The notes under the pieces: model-generated
The model's database searches: none
What the model was told of the DNA's origin: nothing
The model's input: the letters and a program-made list of their open reading frames with translations, nothing else
Program-made: the position numbers and the translations under genes
Assembly: GCA_052146895.1 (NCBI GenBank)
Contig: JBKQLZ010000005.1
Location: forward strand, 6,282-70,281
DNA length: 64,000 nt
Direction of reading: 5' to 3'
Source of the DNA: Acidimicrobiales bacterium
GTDB taxonomy: Bacteria > Actinomycetota > Acidimicrobiia > Acidimicrobiales > Bog-793
Part shown: in pieces, positions 1-10,070 of the stretch
How positions within the stretch are numbered: position 1 is the first letter of the stretch
Layout: each line of letters begins with the position of its first letter

Positions 1-29
1 CTGAGATCAGCGTTGCACACGCCCGAGCC

Positions 30-233
30 TCAAGTGAGGTACTTCTGCCAGGCCGTTCCCAAGCCAACGACCTCGAACCCGAGCACGTCGTTGACGCGGA
101 TCATCGGATCGTTCTCCACTGCGTTCCAAGTGAGCACGAACTCGGTCGCCGGAGAGCGTTGCGCGAGAGCAGTGAGCGAGGAGTGCTCGGCCAATGCCGC
201 GTCGTCGTGCAAGTCGACGGGTTCGGCCCTCAC
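30..233 (-). pseudogene. GNAT-type acetyltransferase C-terminal remnant
   Basis: The 67-aa ORF ends ...TWNAVENDPMIRVNDVLGFEVVG, which resembles a GNAT C-terminal segment. An in-frame stop at 264-266 lies only 10 codons upstream of its GTG, leaving no room for a full domain. Confidence 0.3.
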
Positions 234-263
234 TCGCCGGGTGCCCTCACTCGGCCGTGTATA

Positions 264-821
264 TCACTGCCCTGCTACCTCGTCGTCGCCGACCGAAGCG
301 TCGGGTTCGTCGATCCCGGACCACTGGGCGAGGCGCCGCTGGTAGTCCTCGACACGACGGCGCTTGCGGCGCGACTGCATCGTTCTCGCACAGGCGTCGA
401 GCACGACTTGCTGGCCCCCGTCGAGGGCGAGCACGACGGTCTGGTTCGGCTTCTTCACCATCGAGCTCTCGCCGAGGGTGACAGCCCCTACCGCCTCGCG
501 GTTGATGCGTCTTGTCGCGAACAGGTTGCGCGCCTCCAAGACGTCGCCGCGGACCACCACCGACAAGCTGAGGAGCCGGTAGTAGTAGGCGACCCAGACC
601 GCGAGGGACGCCCCGGCGACAATGGCCCAAACGGTTCCCCTGCCGATCAGCGCGATCGTCACCAAGAGGGCCACGAAGCCTCCAATCGCCAGCATGGCGC
701 CGTGCGCCAGCCGGTTCGCGGGCGCGGCGCGGATCTCGATGTCGGGTTCCGTGTGTGCTCGCGACGTCCCGATCATCGCTGACGCCGCGAGGCTAGAGGG
801 CGCCGCGAGCGCCGGAGGCAT
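264..821 (-). CDS. membrane protein with C-terminal bacterial PH-like domain
   Basis: 185-aa ORF with two hydrophobic helices (AMLAIGGFVALLVTIALIG, VWAIVAGASLAVWVAYYY). These are followed by a soluble beta-rich domain and an acidic tail. Confidence 0.55.
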   Translation of the reverse strand: MPPALAAPSSLAASAMIGTSRAHTEPDIEIRAAPANRLAHGAMLAIGGFVALLVTIALIGRGTVWAIVAGASLAVWVAYYYRLLSLSVVVRGDVLEARNLFATRRINREAVGAVTLGESSMVKKPNQTVVLALDGGQQVVLDACARTMQSRRKRRRVEDYQRRLAQWSGIDEPDASVGDDEVAGQ

Positions 822-850
822 TCAGTCATTTGCGGCGCCGGGCGACCTGC

Positions 851-1651
851 TTAAGCCGTTGCTGCCGGCGGCGTGAAGGTGCTGCTCGGCACGCTCGTCG
901 AATAGCTCGACAGAGTGAGCGTGACGCTGCCAGTGCTGGTCGACGCCTTGACCTCGGCCATCTCGCCCTGCGCCGTTATGCAGAAGGTGTACGACCCGTT
1001 GTTGGTGTGCGTCTTGAAAGTGGCGCACGAAGCACTCTGTCCACCGACCGTCTGCGTCGAAGACGAGACGTCGTAGGCGCCTGTCTCCTCGGCCTTCAAG
1101 CCTGCGAGCTCTGCCTTCGAGGAGTACACGTTCTCGAAGGAGGTCACCGCCCCGCTGAATGCGGCGGCCTCGCTACCTGTGAAGCACTCCCACTTGCCGC
1201 CCACGTAAGCACAAATTGTCGACTTGCCACCGCTGGCGATCTCCTCGAACTGGCCGGCAGTCTCGTCAAAACCGAACAACGAGCTCGTGCCACTGTGAGC
1301 GATCTCGAACGTGCCGTTGAGCGCGTGCCCCGACTCCGTGCCACTGAGGTTGTACTTGGCGAGGAAGGTAGCGCTCTGGCCGCTGCTGAGCTTGGAGGCG
1401 AGGGCCGCGAGCGCGGACGAGCCGCTCGCGGCCGTGGTCGTGGGCGTGGTCGAGGTCGCGCCCGCTGAAGTGCTGGTCGGGGCCGAGGTGGAGCCGCCGG
1501 AGGCAGCTGTGGTGGGTGTGCTCGAAGAGGAGCCGCAAGCAGCTGCTCCAAGCGCAAGCGCACCGAACGCAAGGATCGCGGTTACTCGTCTCGCAGGCGA
1601 GTTACGCACCGTCCGATGCAATGAGCCTCTTGAACTCGCAGTCGGGTCCAT
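851..1651 (-). CDS. hypothetical lipoprotein with Ser/Thr-rich linker
   Basis: Start chosen at the internal ATG (cat at 1649-1651), preceded by GGAGGA. Signal peptide with lipobox LGAAAC, then an S/T/A-rich linker and a Cys-containing globular domain. Confidence 0.65.
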   Translation of the reverse strand: MDPTASSRGSLHRTVRNSPARRVTAILAFGALALGAAACGSSSSTPTTAASGGSTSAPTSTSAGATSTTPTTTAASGSSALAALASKLSSGQSATFLAKYNLSGTESGHALNGTFEIAHSGTSSLFGFDETAGQFEEIASGGKSTICAYVGGKWECFTGSEAAAFSGAVTSFENVYSSKAELAGLKAEETGAYDVSSSTQTVGGQSASCATFKTHTNNGSYTFCITAQGEMAEVKASTSTGSVTLTLSSYSTSVPSSTFTPPAATA

Positions 1652-1775
1652 CAGGGGGCTTCCTCCTTCGCGAGCGCGCTCGCTGTCGGCAGGTGTCTCG
1701 GACCTGTCGGCACATTCTGGCACGTTTGCCTGAGCGCCCCGGGGACCGCTTGCCCGCAAGTTCCCTCAGCGATCC

Positions 1776-2681
1776 TCAGTCTGGTTGGACGTTCCGGTGA
1801 AGCCAGGCAAGCAATCCGGGAGGTGCCAAGTGCGACACGCGAGTGTGGTACCGGGCCACCTCGTCCGGGCTGAGCAGCTCGAGTCCCGCTCCCGAAGTTC
1901 CCCGCCGGAAGAACGCCTTCTTGTCCTTCAAGACACCGGACGGATCCGGCGAGATGCGATCGACGCCAGCCCGCATGCTCCTGAACGACGCAGCCGTGAC
2001 GAGCTCCGGCCAGACTGCCTCGGAGACCGTGATGCCAATACGCCCAGCCAAGCGCCGCATCTCGCCTTCGAGGTCAGCGGACAGGTCGTCGTAGCGCACG
2101 AGACACACGTTCGGCTCGTTGCGACGTGCCCAGGCGTCCGAGAGGTGCCACATGACCCCGGGGAGCGAATCGAGCGCGTCGTGAGGGTCGGGATCGGCCC
2201 CGATCCATGCGACGAGCCATTCGTGCAGGGGTGGCCGTGGTGGCGATGGGAGCGCGGGCTCGGACGCACCGGTGAGCTGACGCAAGCGCTCACGATTGAT
2301 GTTGTTGCCTTGGTGATAAAGCGAGACGGCGGCGTCGAGGGGATGCCTTGCCACGACGATGTACGTGGCTCGGGGATCGAGGACGATGCCGTCGAGAGGG
2401 GTATGGGTCTTTATGACTCGGCGGTTCGACTGGGCAGCAAGCCGCTCGAAGATCTGCTCCCGGGGTGTGACGAGCCAGTCGAGCCATGGTGAGAGCTCCG
2501 ACAGCGGTGCTGGCAGGTCCGGGGTTTGATAGATCAGCAGCGCGCAGATCATCTGCATCCACGTGGTGCCCGCCTTCGAGCGCGTGCTGATCACGACGTC
2601 GCCCTCCCGGAACGGGAAGCCGACCCATCGGGCGCTGTCCTCGTCGGACGAGCGGTAGCGCGTGGGGAGCTCGTTCGGCAT
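1776..2681 (-). CDS. PAPS-dependent sulfotransferase family protein
   Basis: 5'-PSB loop TRSKAGTTW and 3'-PB motif RHPLDAAVS, typical of the cytosolic sulfotransferase fold. 301 aa. Confidence 0.8.
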   Translation of the reverse strand: MPNELPTRYRSSDEDSARWVGFPFREGDVVISTRSKAGTTWMQMICALLIYQTPDLPAPLSELSPWLDWLVTPREQIFERLAAQSNRRVIKTHTPLDGIVLDPRATYIVVARHPLDAAVSLYHQGNNINRERLRQLTGASEPALPSPPRPPLHEWLVAWIGADPDPHDALDSLPGVMWHLSDAWARRNEPNVCLVRYDDLSADLEGEMRRLAGRIGITVSEAVWPELVTAASFRSMRAGVDRISPDPSGVLKDKKAFFRRGTSGAGLELLSPDEVARYHTRVSHLAPPGLLAWLHRNVQPD

Positions 2682-2726
2682 ACGACGAGGTTACGTGCGA
2701 GCCATGCGGCCGCTTATAAGTCGGGC

Positions 2727-3317
2727 TCAGTCCGAAGCAGCGGCAGCACGCCCGACTGCGGCGAGCGCCCGTTCGTGGCGGCCCTCGGCTGCAGGTCCGC
2801 ACGACGCGAGGTTGATCTCCGCGAGACGAGCGGCTGCCCGCGTGGCGCCTTGCGCGAGCTGAGCGCCGGCGAAAGCGTCGCCAGCCAGGTTCGGGTTGCC
2901 ACGAGCGAGAAGTCCCGCCGCCAGCTCGGTCACCTCTGCGCCGAGATCGGCAACTTCAAGCGGTACGTCGCTAGCTGCCAGTAGAGCCGCTGCGAGGTCT
3001 GCGTCAGTGGCAATGGCCTCACCGCCCTGGCTGCGGCGCAGCCGGCGAACTTCGAGAACAGCCTCATAAGCATGGGCATCCGCTGTCGCGAGCGTCAAGG
3101 CGCGGGCCGCAAGCTCGTCGCAACGAGACGCCACCGACAAAGCGTCTGCGAGCGCAGTCTCGGAGTAACGAGCCGCCATGGCGCAAAGGCTCGCCGCGAG
3201 CGCGACTGCGATCGCTGCAACTGCTCCCCCACCCGGGGCCGAGGTCTTGGCAGCCACGTCGTCGAGAAAGCTCTGGAGCGGCCGGCTCGCTAACGACGAG
3301 TCGGACGACTCGGTCAC
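2727..3317 (-). CDS. fchA: cyclodeaminase/cyclohydrolase family protein (methenyl-THF cyclohydrolase-like)
   Basis: N-terminal FLDDVAAKTSAPGGGAVAAIAVALAA signature and an all-helical Ala-rich body, as in the FTCD C-terminal domain and FchA. Lies immediately downstream of fhs. Confidence 0.7.
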   Translation of the reverse strand: MTESSDSSLASRPLQSFLDDVAAKTSAPGGGAVAAIAVALAASLCAMAARYSETALADALSVASRCDELAARALTLATADAHAYEAVLEVRRLRRSQGGEAIATDADLAAALLAASDVPLEVADLGAEVTELAAGLLARGNPNLAGDAFAGAQLAQGATRAAARLAEINLASCGPAAEGRHERALAAVGRAAAASD

Positions 3318-3342
3318 GGGGCAGCCGCGGAAATGGGTGCGA

Positions 3343-5064
3343 TCATGAGAGCCCGACGATCTCGCCAGCGTCGTCTATATCGATGCGCTCCGCGGCCGGG
3401 TGAGACCCGAGGCCCGGCATCGTCCGCATGTCCCCGGAGATGAGGTACACGAAACCTGCGCCGACTGACGCTCGCGCCTCTCGCACCGGGAGGCGCCAGC
3501 CCGTAGGGGCGCCCTTCAGCGCCGGATCGGACGAGATCGAGAGGTGGGTCTTGGCAATGCACACCGGCAGGTTCCCGAAGCCCAAGGACTCGTAGCGGTC
3601 GAGCTGACGCGATGCCGCAGGTGAGTAATCGACACCGTCGGCTCCGTAGACGCGCGTGGCGACAGTCTCGATCTTCTCCCGCAGGCTCGCGTCGGACGGG
3701 TAGAGGACATGGAAGTCGCTCGGCTCCTCCGCCGCCTCCGCCACCATCTCGGCCAGCTCGGTCGCTCCCTTGCCACCATCGGTGAAGTGCCGCGACACCG
3801 CCGCCCGCACACCCATCGAGCTCGCTATCTCCTTGATCGCGTCGTGCTCGGACACGAAGTCGCCAGGGAAGGAGTTGATGGCGACCACAGGCGTGACTCC
3901 GTGCATCTGGACGTTCTCGATCTGCTTGCGGAGATTCTCTCCCCCGATATGCACCTCCTCGGGGTTCTCCTCGAGGATCGCCGGGGGGAGCTCCCGACCC
4001 GCGACGACGTGATGCTTGCCGGAGTGCGACTTCAGCGCACGGACGGTCGCGACGATGACGGCCGCATCCGGCACCAGCCCAGAAGCACGGCACTTGATGT
4101 TGAAGAAGCGCTCGGCACCCATGTCCGCCCCGAAGCCGGCCTCGGTGATGAGGAAGTCGCCGCAGTGGATCCCCAGGAGGTCGGCGACGATGGAGGAGTT
4201 CCCGTGCGCGATGTTGCCGAAGGGCCCCGCGTGCACGAGCACGGGAGTGTTCTCGATCGTCTGCAGCAGGTTCGGCTTGATGGCCTCGCGCATGATGACA
4301 GTCATCGCTCCCGCTGCCTTCAGCTGCTCAGCGGTGACCGGCTCGCCTGCTTTCGAGTACCCGACCACGACACGACTCAGCCGGGCTCGCATGTCCTGCA
4401 GCGACGAGGACAGCGCAAGTATCGCCATGACCTCCGAAGCAGCGGTGATGTCGAAGCCGGTCTCGCGGACCACTCCGTCCTCGGCCGCGCCTAGGCCGAT
4501 GACGATGTTGCGCAAGGCCCGGTCGTTGACGTCGAGGACCCGCCTCCAGGTGATGTTCTTGAGGTCGAGTCCGAGCTCATTGCCCTTGTGCAGGTGGTTG
4601 TCGAGCATCGCCGCGAGCATGTTGTGCGCAGCCGTGACGGCGTGCATGTCGCCAGTGAGGTGAAGGTTGAATGCCTCCATCGGGACGGCTTGGCTGTAGC
4701 CGCCACCCGCGGCACCTCCCTTGATGCCGAACGTGGGACCCATCGACGGCTGCCGGATCGCAAGCGTGGCCAATTTGCCGATGTGCGACATCGCCTGCGC
4801 GATCCCGACGGCGGTCGTCGTCTTTCCCTCCCCAAGCGGAGTCGGGGTGATCGCCGTCACGACGACGTACTTCGCTTTCGGTCGGTCGGCGAGCTCCTCG
4901 ATCGCTTCGAGCTTCACCTTGGCGACCGATGTCCCGTATTGCTCGAGTGCCGAAGGGGGTATGCCCATGTGAGCAGCGATCTCCCCGATAGGCAAGAGCG
5001 TCGCCTTTCGTGCGATCTCGAGATCACTCGGAAACGCCACTTGGACCTCCTTGTCCGTGCGCAT
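3343..5064 (-). CDS. fhs: formate--tetrahydrofolate ligase
   Basis: PSDLEIARKA...ITPTPLGEGKTTT P-loop with full-length collinear Fhs sequence. Start set at the internal ATG (MRTDKEV...), because the upstream 46 codons look non-native. Confidence 0.95.
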   Translation of the reverse strand: MRTDKEVQVAFPSDLEIARKATLLPIGEIAAHMGIPPSALEQYGTSVAKVKLEAIEELADRPKAKYVVVTAITPTPLGEGKTTTAVGIAQAMSHIGKLATLAIRQPSMGPTFGIKGGAAGGGYSQAVPMEAFNLHLTGDMHAVTAAHNMLAAMLDNHLHKGNELGLDLKNITWRRVLDVNDRALRNIVIGLGAAEDGVVRETGFDITAASEVMAILALSSSLQDMRARLSRVVVGYSKAGEPVTAEQLKAAGAMTVIMREAIKPNLLQTIENTPVLVHAGPFGNIAHGNSSIVADLLGIHCGDFLITEAGFGADMGAERFFNIKCRASGLVPDAAVIVATVRALKSHSGKHHVVAGRELPPAILEENPEEVHIGGENLRKQIENVQMHGVTPVVAINSFPGDFVSEHDAIKEIASSMGVRAAVSRHFTDGGKGATELAEMVAEAAEEPSDFHVLYPSDASLREKIETVATRVYGADGVDYSPAASRQLDRYESLGFGNLPVCIAKTHLSISSDPALKGAPTGWRLPVREARASVGAGFVYLISGDMRTMPGLGSHPAAERIDIDDAGEIVGLS

Positions 5065-5156
5065 AGCGCCGATAGCGGCAGCATAGAGGCAGGCCCGGGC
5101 GATCCACCGATCGCTCTGAGCGGCGCGAAGCTGGCCAGTATCGTTTAGCCGGAGTA

Positions 5157-5178
5157 GCCTTGAATACTCGTTCAAGGC
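5157..5178. promoter_or_regulatory. 8-bp-arm inverted repeat in the fhs/fdsG divergent region
   Basis: GCCTTGAA-tactcg-TTCAAGGC, a perfect inverted repeat about 10 nt upstream of the fdsG start. Could be an operator or a leader hairpin. Confidence 0.3.
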
Positions 5179-5188
5179 ACTAGGCACA

Positions 5189-5698
5189 ATGAGGTGCGCC
5201 ATGCAGTGGGGAGTTCGCCGTAGCTACGAAGCGTTTTCTCCCGACCGCGCCGCTGAGGTGATCGCTCTCCGGGCCTCCGAGCGCGGCCCGTTGATCGAGA
5301 TCCTCCACGACCTCCAGGACGCTTTCGGCTACCTCGATCCCGGCGCCACTCCCATCGTTGCCGACGCGCTCAACCTCTCCGAGGCTGAAGTCTTCGGGGT
5401 GATCTCGTTCTACGCCGACTTCCGCACCGAGCCCGGCGGACGTCGAGTGCTCCAGATCTGCCGCGCGGAGGCCTGTCAGTCGATGGGGGCCGAAAGGCTC
5501 TGCGCTCACGCACGAGAGCGGCTCGGTATTGACTTCGGCTCCACCACAGCAGATGGAGCGATCACGTTGGCCGAGGTCTTCTGCCTTGGCAACTGCGCGC
5601 TCTCCCCAGCGGTGCTCGCCGACGGGCGGTTGATCGGTCGCGTCGACGACTCGAAGCTCGACGAACTGATCGAGGAAGCGGAGCTGGCATCTCGATGA
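5189..5698 (+). CDS. fdsG: NAD-dependent formate dehydrogenase gamma subunit (NuoE-like 2Fe-2S)
   Basis: NuoE/FdsG pattern LHDLQDAFGYL...ISFYADF...C..C with a thioredoxin-like 2Fe-2S Cys set. ATGA-coupled to the next gene. Confidence 0.85.
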   Translation: MRCAMQWGVRRSYEAFSPDRAAEVIALRASERGPLIEILHDLQDAFGYLDPGATPIVADALNLSEAEVFGVISFYADFRTEPGGRRVLQICRAEACQSMGAERLCAHARERLGIDFGSTTADGAITLAEVFCLGNCALSPAVLADGRLIGRVDDSKLDELIEEAELASR

Positions 5699-7251
5699 GC
5701 AGCCCCACGACGGTTTTCGTTCCGGGAGATGCCGCAGCACGCTCCGTCGGGGCAGACGAAGTCGCAGCGCAGATCGAGGCCGAGGCTGCCCTGATCGGGC
5801 GCGAGCTCCGCATCGTCCGCAACGGCTCGCGAGGAATGGTCTTCCTCGAGCCCCTCGTCGAGGTCACAACCCCGGCCGGTCGCCTCGCGTACGGCCCGGT
5901 CGGCCCGCACGACGTGGCGGGTCTCGTCGACGCGGGAATGCTCGACGGAGCGGATCACCCTCTGGCGCACGGTTTGACCGAGGAGATCGACTACCTGGCC
6001 CGTCAGACCCGCCTCACGTTCGCACGCGTCGGTGTCACCGACCCACTTTCGTTCGACGACTACGAGGCGAACGGCGGCCTCGCCGGGGTCCGGAAGGCCC
6101 TCGACCTCGCCCCGGAGGACATCGTCGCGGAAGTCACCGAATCGGGCCTGCGAGGACGCGGCGGGGCAGGTTTCCCTGCCGGCATCAAGTGGCGCACGGT
6201 GCTCGATGCGCCCGGCAAGGAGAAACTCGTCTGCTGCAACGCAGACGAAGGAGACAGCGGGACCTTCGCGGACCGCATGCTGATCGAGGGCGACCCATTC
6301 CTCCTCATCGAGTCCATGGTGATCGCGGGGCTCGCCATCGGCGCGACCGAGGGCTACGTCTACCTCCGCTCGGAGTACCCGCAAGCCGCCACCATGCTCC
6401 GCGCGGCAATCGACCTGGCACGCGAGCACGGCCTCCTCGGCGGGTCGGTGCTCGGCTCGGACCACGCCTTCGATGTGCTCCTCCGCGTCGGGGCCGGCAG
6501 CTACATCTGCGGTGAGGAGACGGCGATGCTCGAGAGTCTCGAGGGCCGGCGGGGGGTAGTCAGGGCCAAGCCGCCCCTTCCGGCCATCGCAGGGCTGTTC
6601 GGCTGCCCGACGATCGTCAACAACGTCCTCACCCTCGCCGCCGTGCCTGGCATCTTGTCCGGCGGCGCTAGTGCCTACGCAGATCTCGGCACCGGGCGAT
6701 CGCGCGGGACCCAGGTCTTCCAGCTCGCGGGGAACATCCGGCGCGGCGGCATCGTCGAGACCGCATTCGGGGTCACGTTGGGTGAGCTCGTCGAGGGCTT
6801 CGGTGGCGGCACTGCGAGCGGGCGCCCGATACGGGCCATCCAGGCCGGCGGGCCGCTCGGCTCCTACCTCCCGGCGAGCCAGCTCGGCCTCGAGATGGAC
6901 TACGAGGCTCTTGCGGCAGAAGACGCAATGCTGGGCCACGGCGGCATCGTCGTCTTTGACGACAGCGTCGACATGGGCCTGCAGGCGAGGTTCGCGATGG
7001 AGTTCTGCGCGCTCGAGTCGTGCGGCAAGTGCACGCCGTGCCGGGTGGGCGCCGTTCGGGGCGTGGAGGTGATCGACAAGATCCGTGCCGGGATCGAGGT
7101 CGAAGCGAACCTCGAGCTCCTCGAGGACCTCTGCGAGACGATGACGGACGGTTCGCTTTGCGCGATGGGCTGCCTGACTCCCCAGCCCGTGCTGAGCGTG
7201 CTCCAACACTTCGGAGGCGACATGGTCGGTGCCAGAGGAGGTGCAAACTGA
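5695..7251 (+). CDS. fdsB: formate dehydrogenase beta subunit (NuoF-like, FMN/NAD, 4Fe-4S)
   Basis: GLRGRGGAGFPAGIKW FMN/NADH site and C-terminal ESCGKCTPCR 4Fe-4S motif. Confidence 0.9.
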   Translation: MSSPTTVFVPGDAAARSVGADEVAAQIEAEAALIGRELRIVRNGSRGMVFLEPLVEVTTPAGRLAYGPVGPHDVAGLVDAGMLDGADHPLAHGLTEEIDYLARQTRLTFARVGVTDPLSFDDYEANGGLAGVRKALDLAPEDIVAEVTESGLRGRGGAGFPAGIKWRTVLDAPGKEKLVCCNADEGDSGTFADRMLIEGDPFLLIESMVIAGLAIGATEGYVYLRSEYPQAATMLRAAIDLAREHGLLGGSVLGSDHAFDVLLRVGAGSYICGEETAMLESLEGRRGVVRAKPPLPAIAGLFGCPTIVNNVLTLAAVPGILSGGASAYADLGTGRSRGTQVFQLAGNIRRGGIVETAFGVTLGELVEGFGGGTASGRPIRAIQAGGPLGSYLPASQLGLEMDYEALAAEDAMLGHGGIVVFDDSVDMGLQARFAMEFCALESCGKCTPCRVGAVRGVEVIDKIRAGIEVEANLELLEDLCETMTDGSLCAMGCLTPQPVLSVLQHFGGDMVGARGGAN

Positions 7252-10070
7252 TGGGAGTGCTCATGGAGACCGATCTCGGGACACCTGCCCGGCCGGGGCC
7301 GGCGTCGGTGCGAGTCGTCGTCGACTCGATTGCGGTCGACGTCCCGACAGGCACGTCCGTGCTCCGCGCAGCCGCGCTGGCAGGTATCGACATCCCGAAG
7401 CTCTGCGCGACCGACAGCCTGGAACCGTTCGGATCGTGCCGCCTCTGCCTGGTCGAGGTGGAGGGGCGTCGGGGCACCCCGGCCTCATGCACCACGCCCG
7501 TCGAGGACGGCATGTCGATCCGGACTCAGTCGCCCAAGCTCGAGCGCCTCCGTCGCGGCGTAATGGAGCTCTACATCTCCGACCACCCGCTCGATTGCCT
7601 GACGTGTGCGGCGAACGGCGACTGCGAGCTGCAGGACATGGCAGGCACGGTTGGGCTTCGCGACGTCCGCTACGGCTACGCAGGCGACAACCACCTGGAC
7701 GCCGAGAAGGATGAGAGCAACCCCTATTTCAGCTTCGATCCGGCCAAGTGCATCGTCTGCTCGCGTTGCGTGCGCGCATGCGAGGAGACCCAGGGGACCT
7801 TCGCCCTCACCATCGCCGGCCGCGGCTTCGGCTCGGTCGTCGCTCCCGGTCCAGCGGGCAACTTCTTCGACTCCGAGTGCGTCTCGTGCGGTGCGTGCGT
7901 TCAGGTCTGCCCGACGGCGACCCTCGAGGAGAAGAGCATCATCACTCTCGGCTTGCCCAAGCGAACGGTCTTGACGACGTGCGCCTACTGCGGAGTCGGC
8001 TGCTCGTTCAAGGCTGAGCTGCGCGGTGACGAGGTCGTCCGGATGGTTCCCTACAAAGGCGGTGGGGCGAACGAGGGTCATTCATGTGTGAAGGGCCGTT
8101 TTGCCTGGGGATATGCCACTCACAAGGACCGCGTCCTCAAGCCGATGGTACGCGAGCACATCACCGACCCGTGGCGTGAGGTCAGCTGGGACGAGGCCAT
8201 CGCCCACACCGCCACGCGTCTCAGTGAGATCCAGCAGAGCCACGGCACCGGATCGATCGGCGGCATCAGCTCCTCGCGATGCACGAACGAAGAGGTCTTC
8301 GTCGTGCAGAAGATGGTGCGGGCGGCGTTCCACAACAACAACATCGACACCTGCGCTCGTGTCTGCCACTCCCCCACTGGCTTCGGGCTGAAGCAGACCT
8401 TCGGCACCTCGGCCGGTACCCAGGACTTCCGATCGGTCGATGAGGCGGACTTCATCCTCATAATCGGGGCAAACCCGACCGACGCCCACCCGGTGTTCGC
8501 GTCGCGGATGAAGAGGCGGCTGCGCGAGGGCGGCGCGACCCTCGCGATCATCGACCCTCGCCGGATCGACCTCGTCCGCAGCCCTCACGTGAAGGCGGCG
8601 TATCACCTCGCACTGAGGCCGGGAACGAACGTCGCAATCGTGAACGCCCTCGCGCACGTCATCGTGACCGAGGGGCTGGTCGACACCGAGTTCGTCGCGA
8701 GCCGCTGCGACACCGGGGCCTTCGACCGCTGGGCGGCCTTCATCGCAGATCCGGAGTACTCCCCCGAGGCGACCGAGGAGGCCACCGGCGTCCCGGCGGC
8801 CGACGTGCGCGCCGTGGCGAGGCTCTACGCCTCTTCGCGCAACTCAGCCATCTACTACGGGCTCGGGGTAACGGAGCACTCGCAGGGCTCGACGATGGTC
8901 ATGGGGATGGCGAACCTCGCGATGGCGACCGGCAACATCGGTCGTGAGGGCGTCGGCGTCAATCCCCTCCGAGGCCAGAACAACGTCCAGGGCTCGTGCG
9001 ACATGGGGTCGTTCCCCCACGAGTTCTCTGGTTACCGGCACGTCTCGGACGACGCCGTCCGGCACTCCCTCGAGGCGACGTGGGGCGCCGCGTTGATGTC
9101 CGAGCCGGGCCTCCGGATCCCGAACATGCTCGACGGCGCGGTCGAGGGGACCTTCAAGGCGCTCTTCGTGCAGGGCGAGGACATTGCCCAGTCCGACCCG
9201 AACACCAAGCACGTCAAGGCCGCCCTGGCGGCGCTCGAGTTCGTCGTCGTCCAAGACCTCTTCCTGAACGAGACGGCGGCGTTCGCGCACGTGTTCTTGC
9301 CGGGGACTTCGTTTCTCGAGAAGGACGGGACGTTCACCAACGCCGAGCGCCGCATCAACCGTGTGCGCCCGGTGATGGCGGCGAAGTCCGGCAAGCAGGA
9401 GTGGGAAGTCGTCTGCGAGCTGTCCACTGCTCTCGGCTATCCGATGTCCTACGCGGCTGCGAGCGAGATCATGGACGAGATCGCCGTTACGACGCCGACG
9501 TTCGCCGGCGTCTCGTTCGCCAAGCTCGACGAGACCGGCGGCCTCCAGTGGCCGTGCAACGACGCCGCCCCGCTCGGGACGCCTGTCATGCACGTCGGCT
9601 CGTTCGTGCGCGGCAAGGGCAACTTCGTCGAGACGCCTTTCGTGCCGACCGACGAGCGAGCGAACCGCCGCTTCCCGCTCTTGTTGACGACGGGCCGTAT
9701 CCTCAGCCAGTACAACGTCGGCGCACAGACCCGGCGGACCGACAACGTGGTGTGGCACGAAGCCGACGTCCTAGAGATCCACCCCTGTGACGCAGAGGAA
9801 CGCGGCATTGTCGACGGCGCCCTCGTCGCGCTCTCGAGCAGGGTCGGCGAGACCCAGCTCCGAGCACATATCACCGAGCGGGTTCCTCAAGGCGTCGTTT
9901 ACACGACGTTCCACTACCCCTCCACCGGGGCGAACGTCGTGACGACCGAGTTCTCGGACTGGGCAACGAATTGCCCCGAGTACAAAGTCACAGCCGTCCA
10001 GGTGCGGCCACAGGCGACTCCTCTCGCCGAGGACGCCGGTGAGCGAGTCGCGTCGCTCGTTGGCAGCTGA
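7251..10070 (+). CDS. fdsA: formate dehydrogenase alpha subunit (molybdopterin, Cys-type)
   Basis: N-terminal 2Fe-2S/4Fe-4S ferredoxin modules (CRLCLVEV, CLTCAANGDCELQ, CIVCSRCVRAC) and a Mo-bisPGD domain with ARVCHSPT. Start at ATG 7251 overlaps the fdsB stop (TGATG). Confidence 0.92.
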   Translation: MGVLMETDLGTPARPGPASVRVVVDSIAVDVPTGTSVLRAAALAGIDIPKLCATDSLEPFGSCRLCLVEVEGRRGTPASCTTPVEDGMSIRTQSPKLERLRRGVMELYISDHPLDCLTCAANGDCELQDMAGTVGLRDVRYGYAGDNHLDAEKDESNPYFSFDPAKCIVCSRCVRACEETQGTFALTIAGRGFGSVVAPGPAGNFFDSECVSCGACVQVCPTATLEEKSIITLGLPKRTVLTTCAYCGVGCSFKAELRGDEVVRMVPYKGGGANEGHSCVKGRFAWGYATHKDRVLKPMVREHITDPWREVSWDEAIAHTATRLSEIQQSHGTGSIGGISSSRCTNEEVFVVQKMVRAAFHNNNIDTCARVCHSPTGFGLKQTFGTSAGTQDFRSVDEADFILIIGANPTDAHPVFASRMKRRLREGGATLAIIDPRRIDLVRSPHVKAAYHLALRPGTNVAIVNALAHVIVTEGLVDTEFVASRCDTGAFDRWAAFIADPEYSPEATEEATGVPAADVRAVARLYASSRNSAIYYGLGVTEHSQGSTMVMGMANLAMATGNIGREGVGVNPLRGQNNVQGSCDMGSFPHEFSGYRHVSDDAVRHSLEATWGAALMSEPGLRIPNMLDGAVEGTFKALFVQGEDIAQSDPNTKHVKAALAALEFVVVQDLFLNETAAFAHVFLPGTSFLEKDGTFTNAERRINRVRPVMAAKSGKQEWEVVCELSTALGYPMSYAAASEIMDEIAVTTPTFAGVSFAKLDETGGLQWPCNDAAPLGTPVMHVGSFVRGKGNFVETPFVPTDERANRRFPLLLTTGRILSQYNVGAQTRRTDNVVWHEADVLEIHPCDAEERGIVDGALVALSSRVGETQLRAHITERVPQGVVYTTFHYPSTGANVVTTEFSDWATNCPEYKVTAVQVRPQATPLAEDAGERVASLVGS

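Noticed and set aside
5065-5188. Possible ZTP (pfl-motif) riboswitch in the fhs leader, since fhs is a classic ZTP-regulated gene.
   Set aside because: On the fhs strand I see ACUGGC, and a hairpin (GCGAUC-GGUG-GAUCGC) followed by CCGGGCC, which loosely resembles ...ACUGGCG... and ...CCGCCUGGGC. However, the P1/P2 helices and the CCGGG-GGA segment of the consensus are not recoverable. A covariance-model search (Rfam pfl) would decide.
5506-7209. 567-aa ORF antisense to fdsB. Similar long antisense ORFs occur at 42230-43234, 44941-45726, 47561-48571, 50696-52288 and 59490-60746.
   Set aside because: They are Arg/Ala/Pro/Gly-rich with no recognisable motifs. They lie opposite genes with strong family signatures. 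Such stop-free antisense frames are typical in high-GC DNA.
7020-7250. Longer 1016-aa version of fdsA starting at 7020.
   Set aside because: The extra 77 codons overlap the fdsB 3' end in another frame and are Arg-rich. The ATG at 7251 gives the canonical 2Fe-2S N-terminus and a TGATG junction.
8364-8366. Checked for selenocysteine at the Mo-ligand position of FdsA.
   Set aside because: The codon is TGC (Cys, in ARVCHSPT). There is no in-frame TGA and no reason to invoke a SECIS element.
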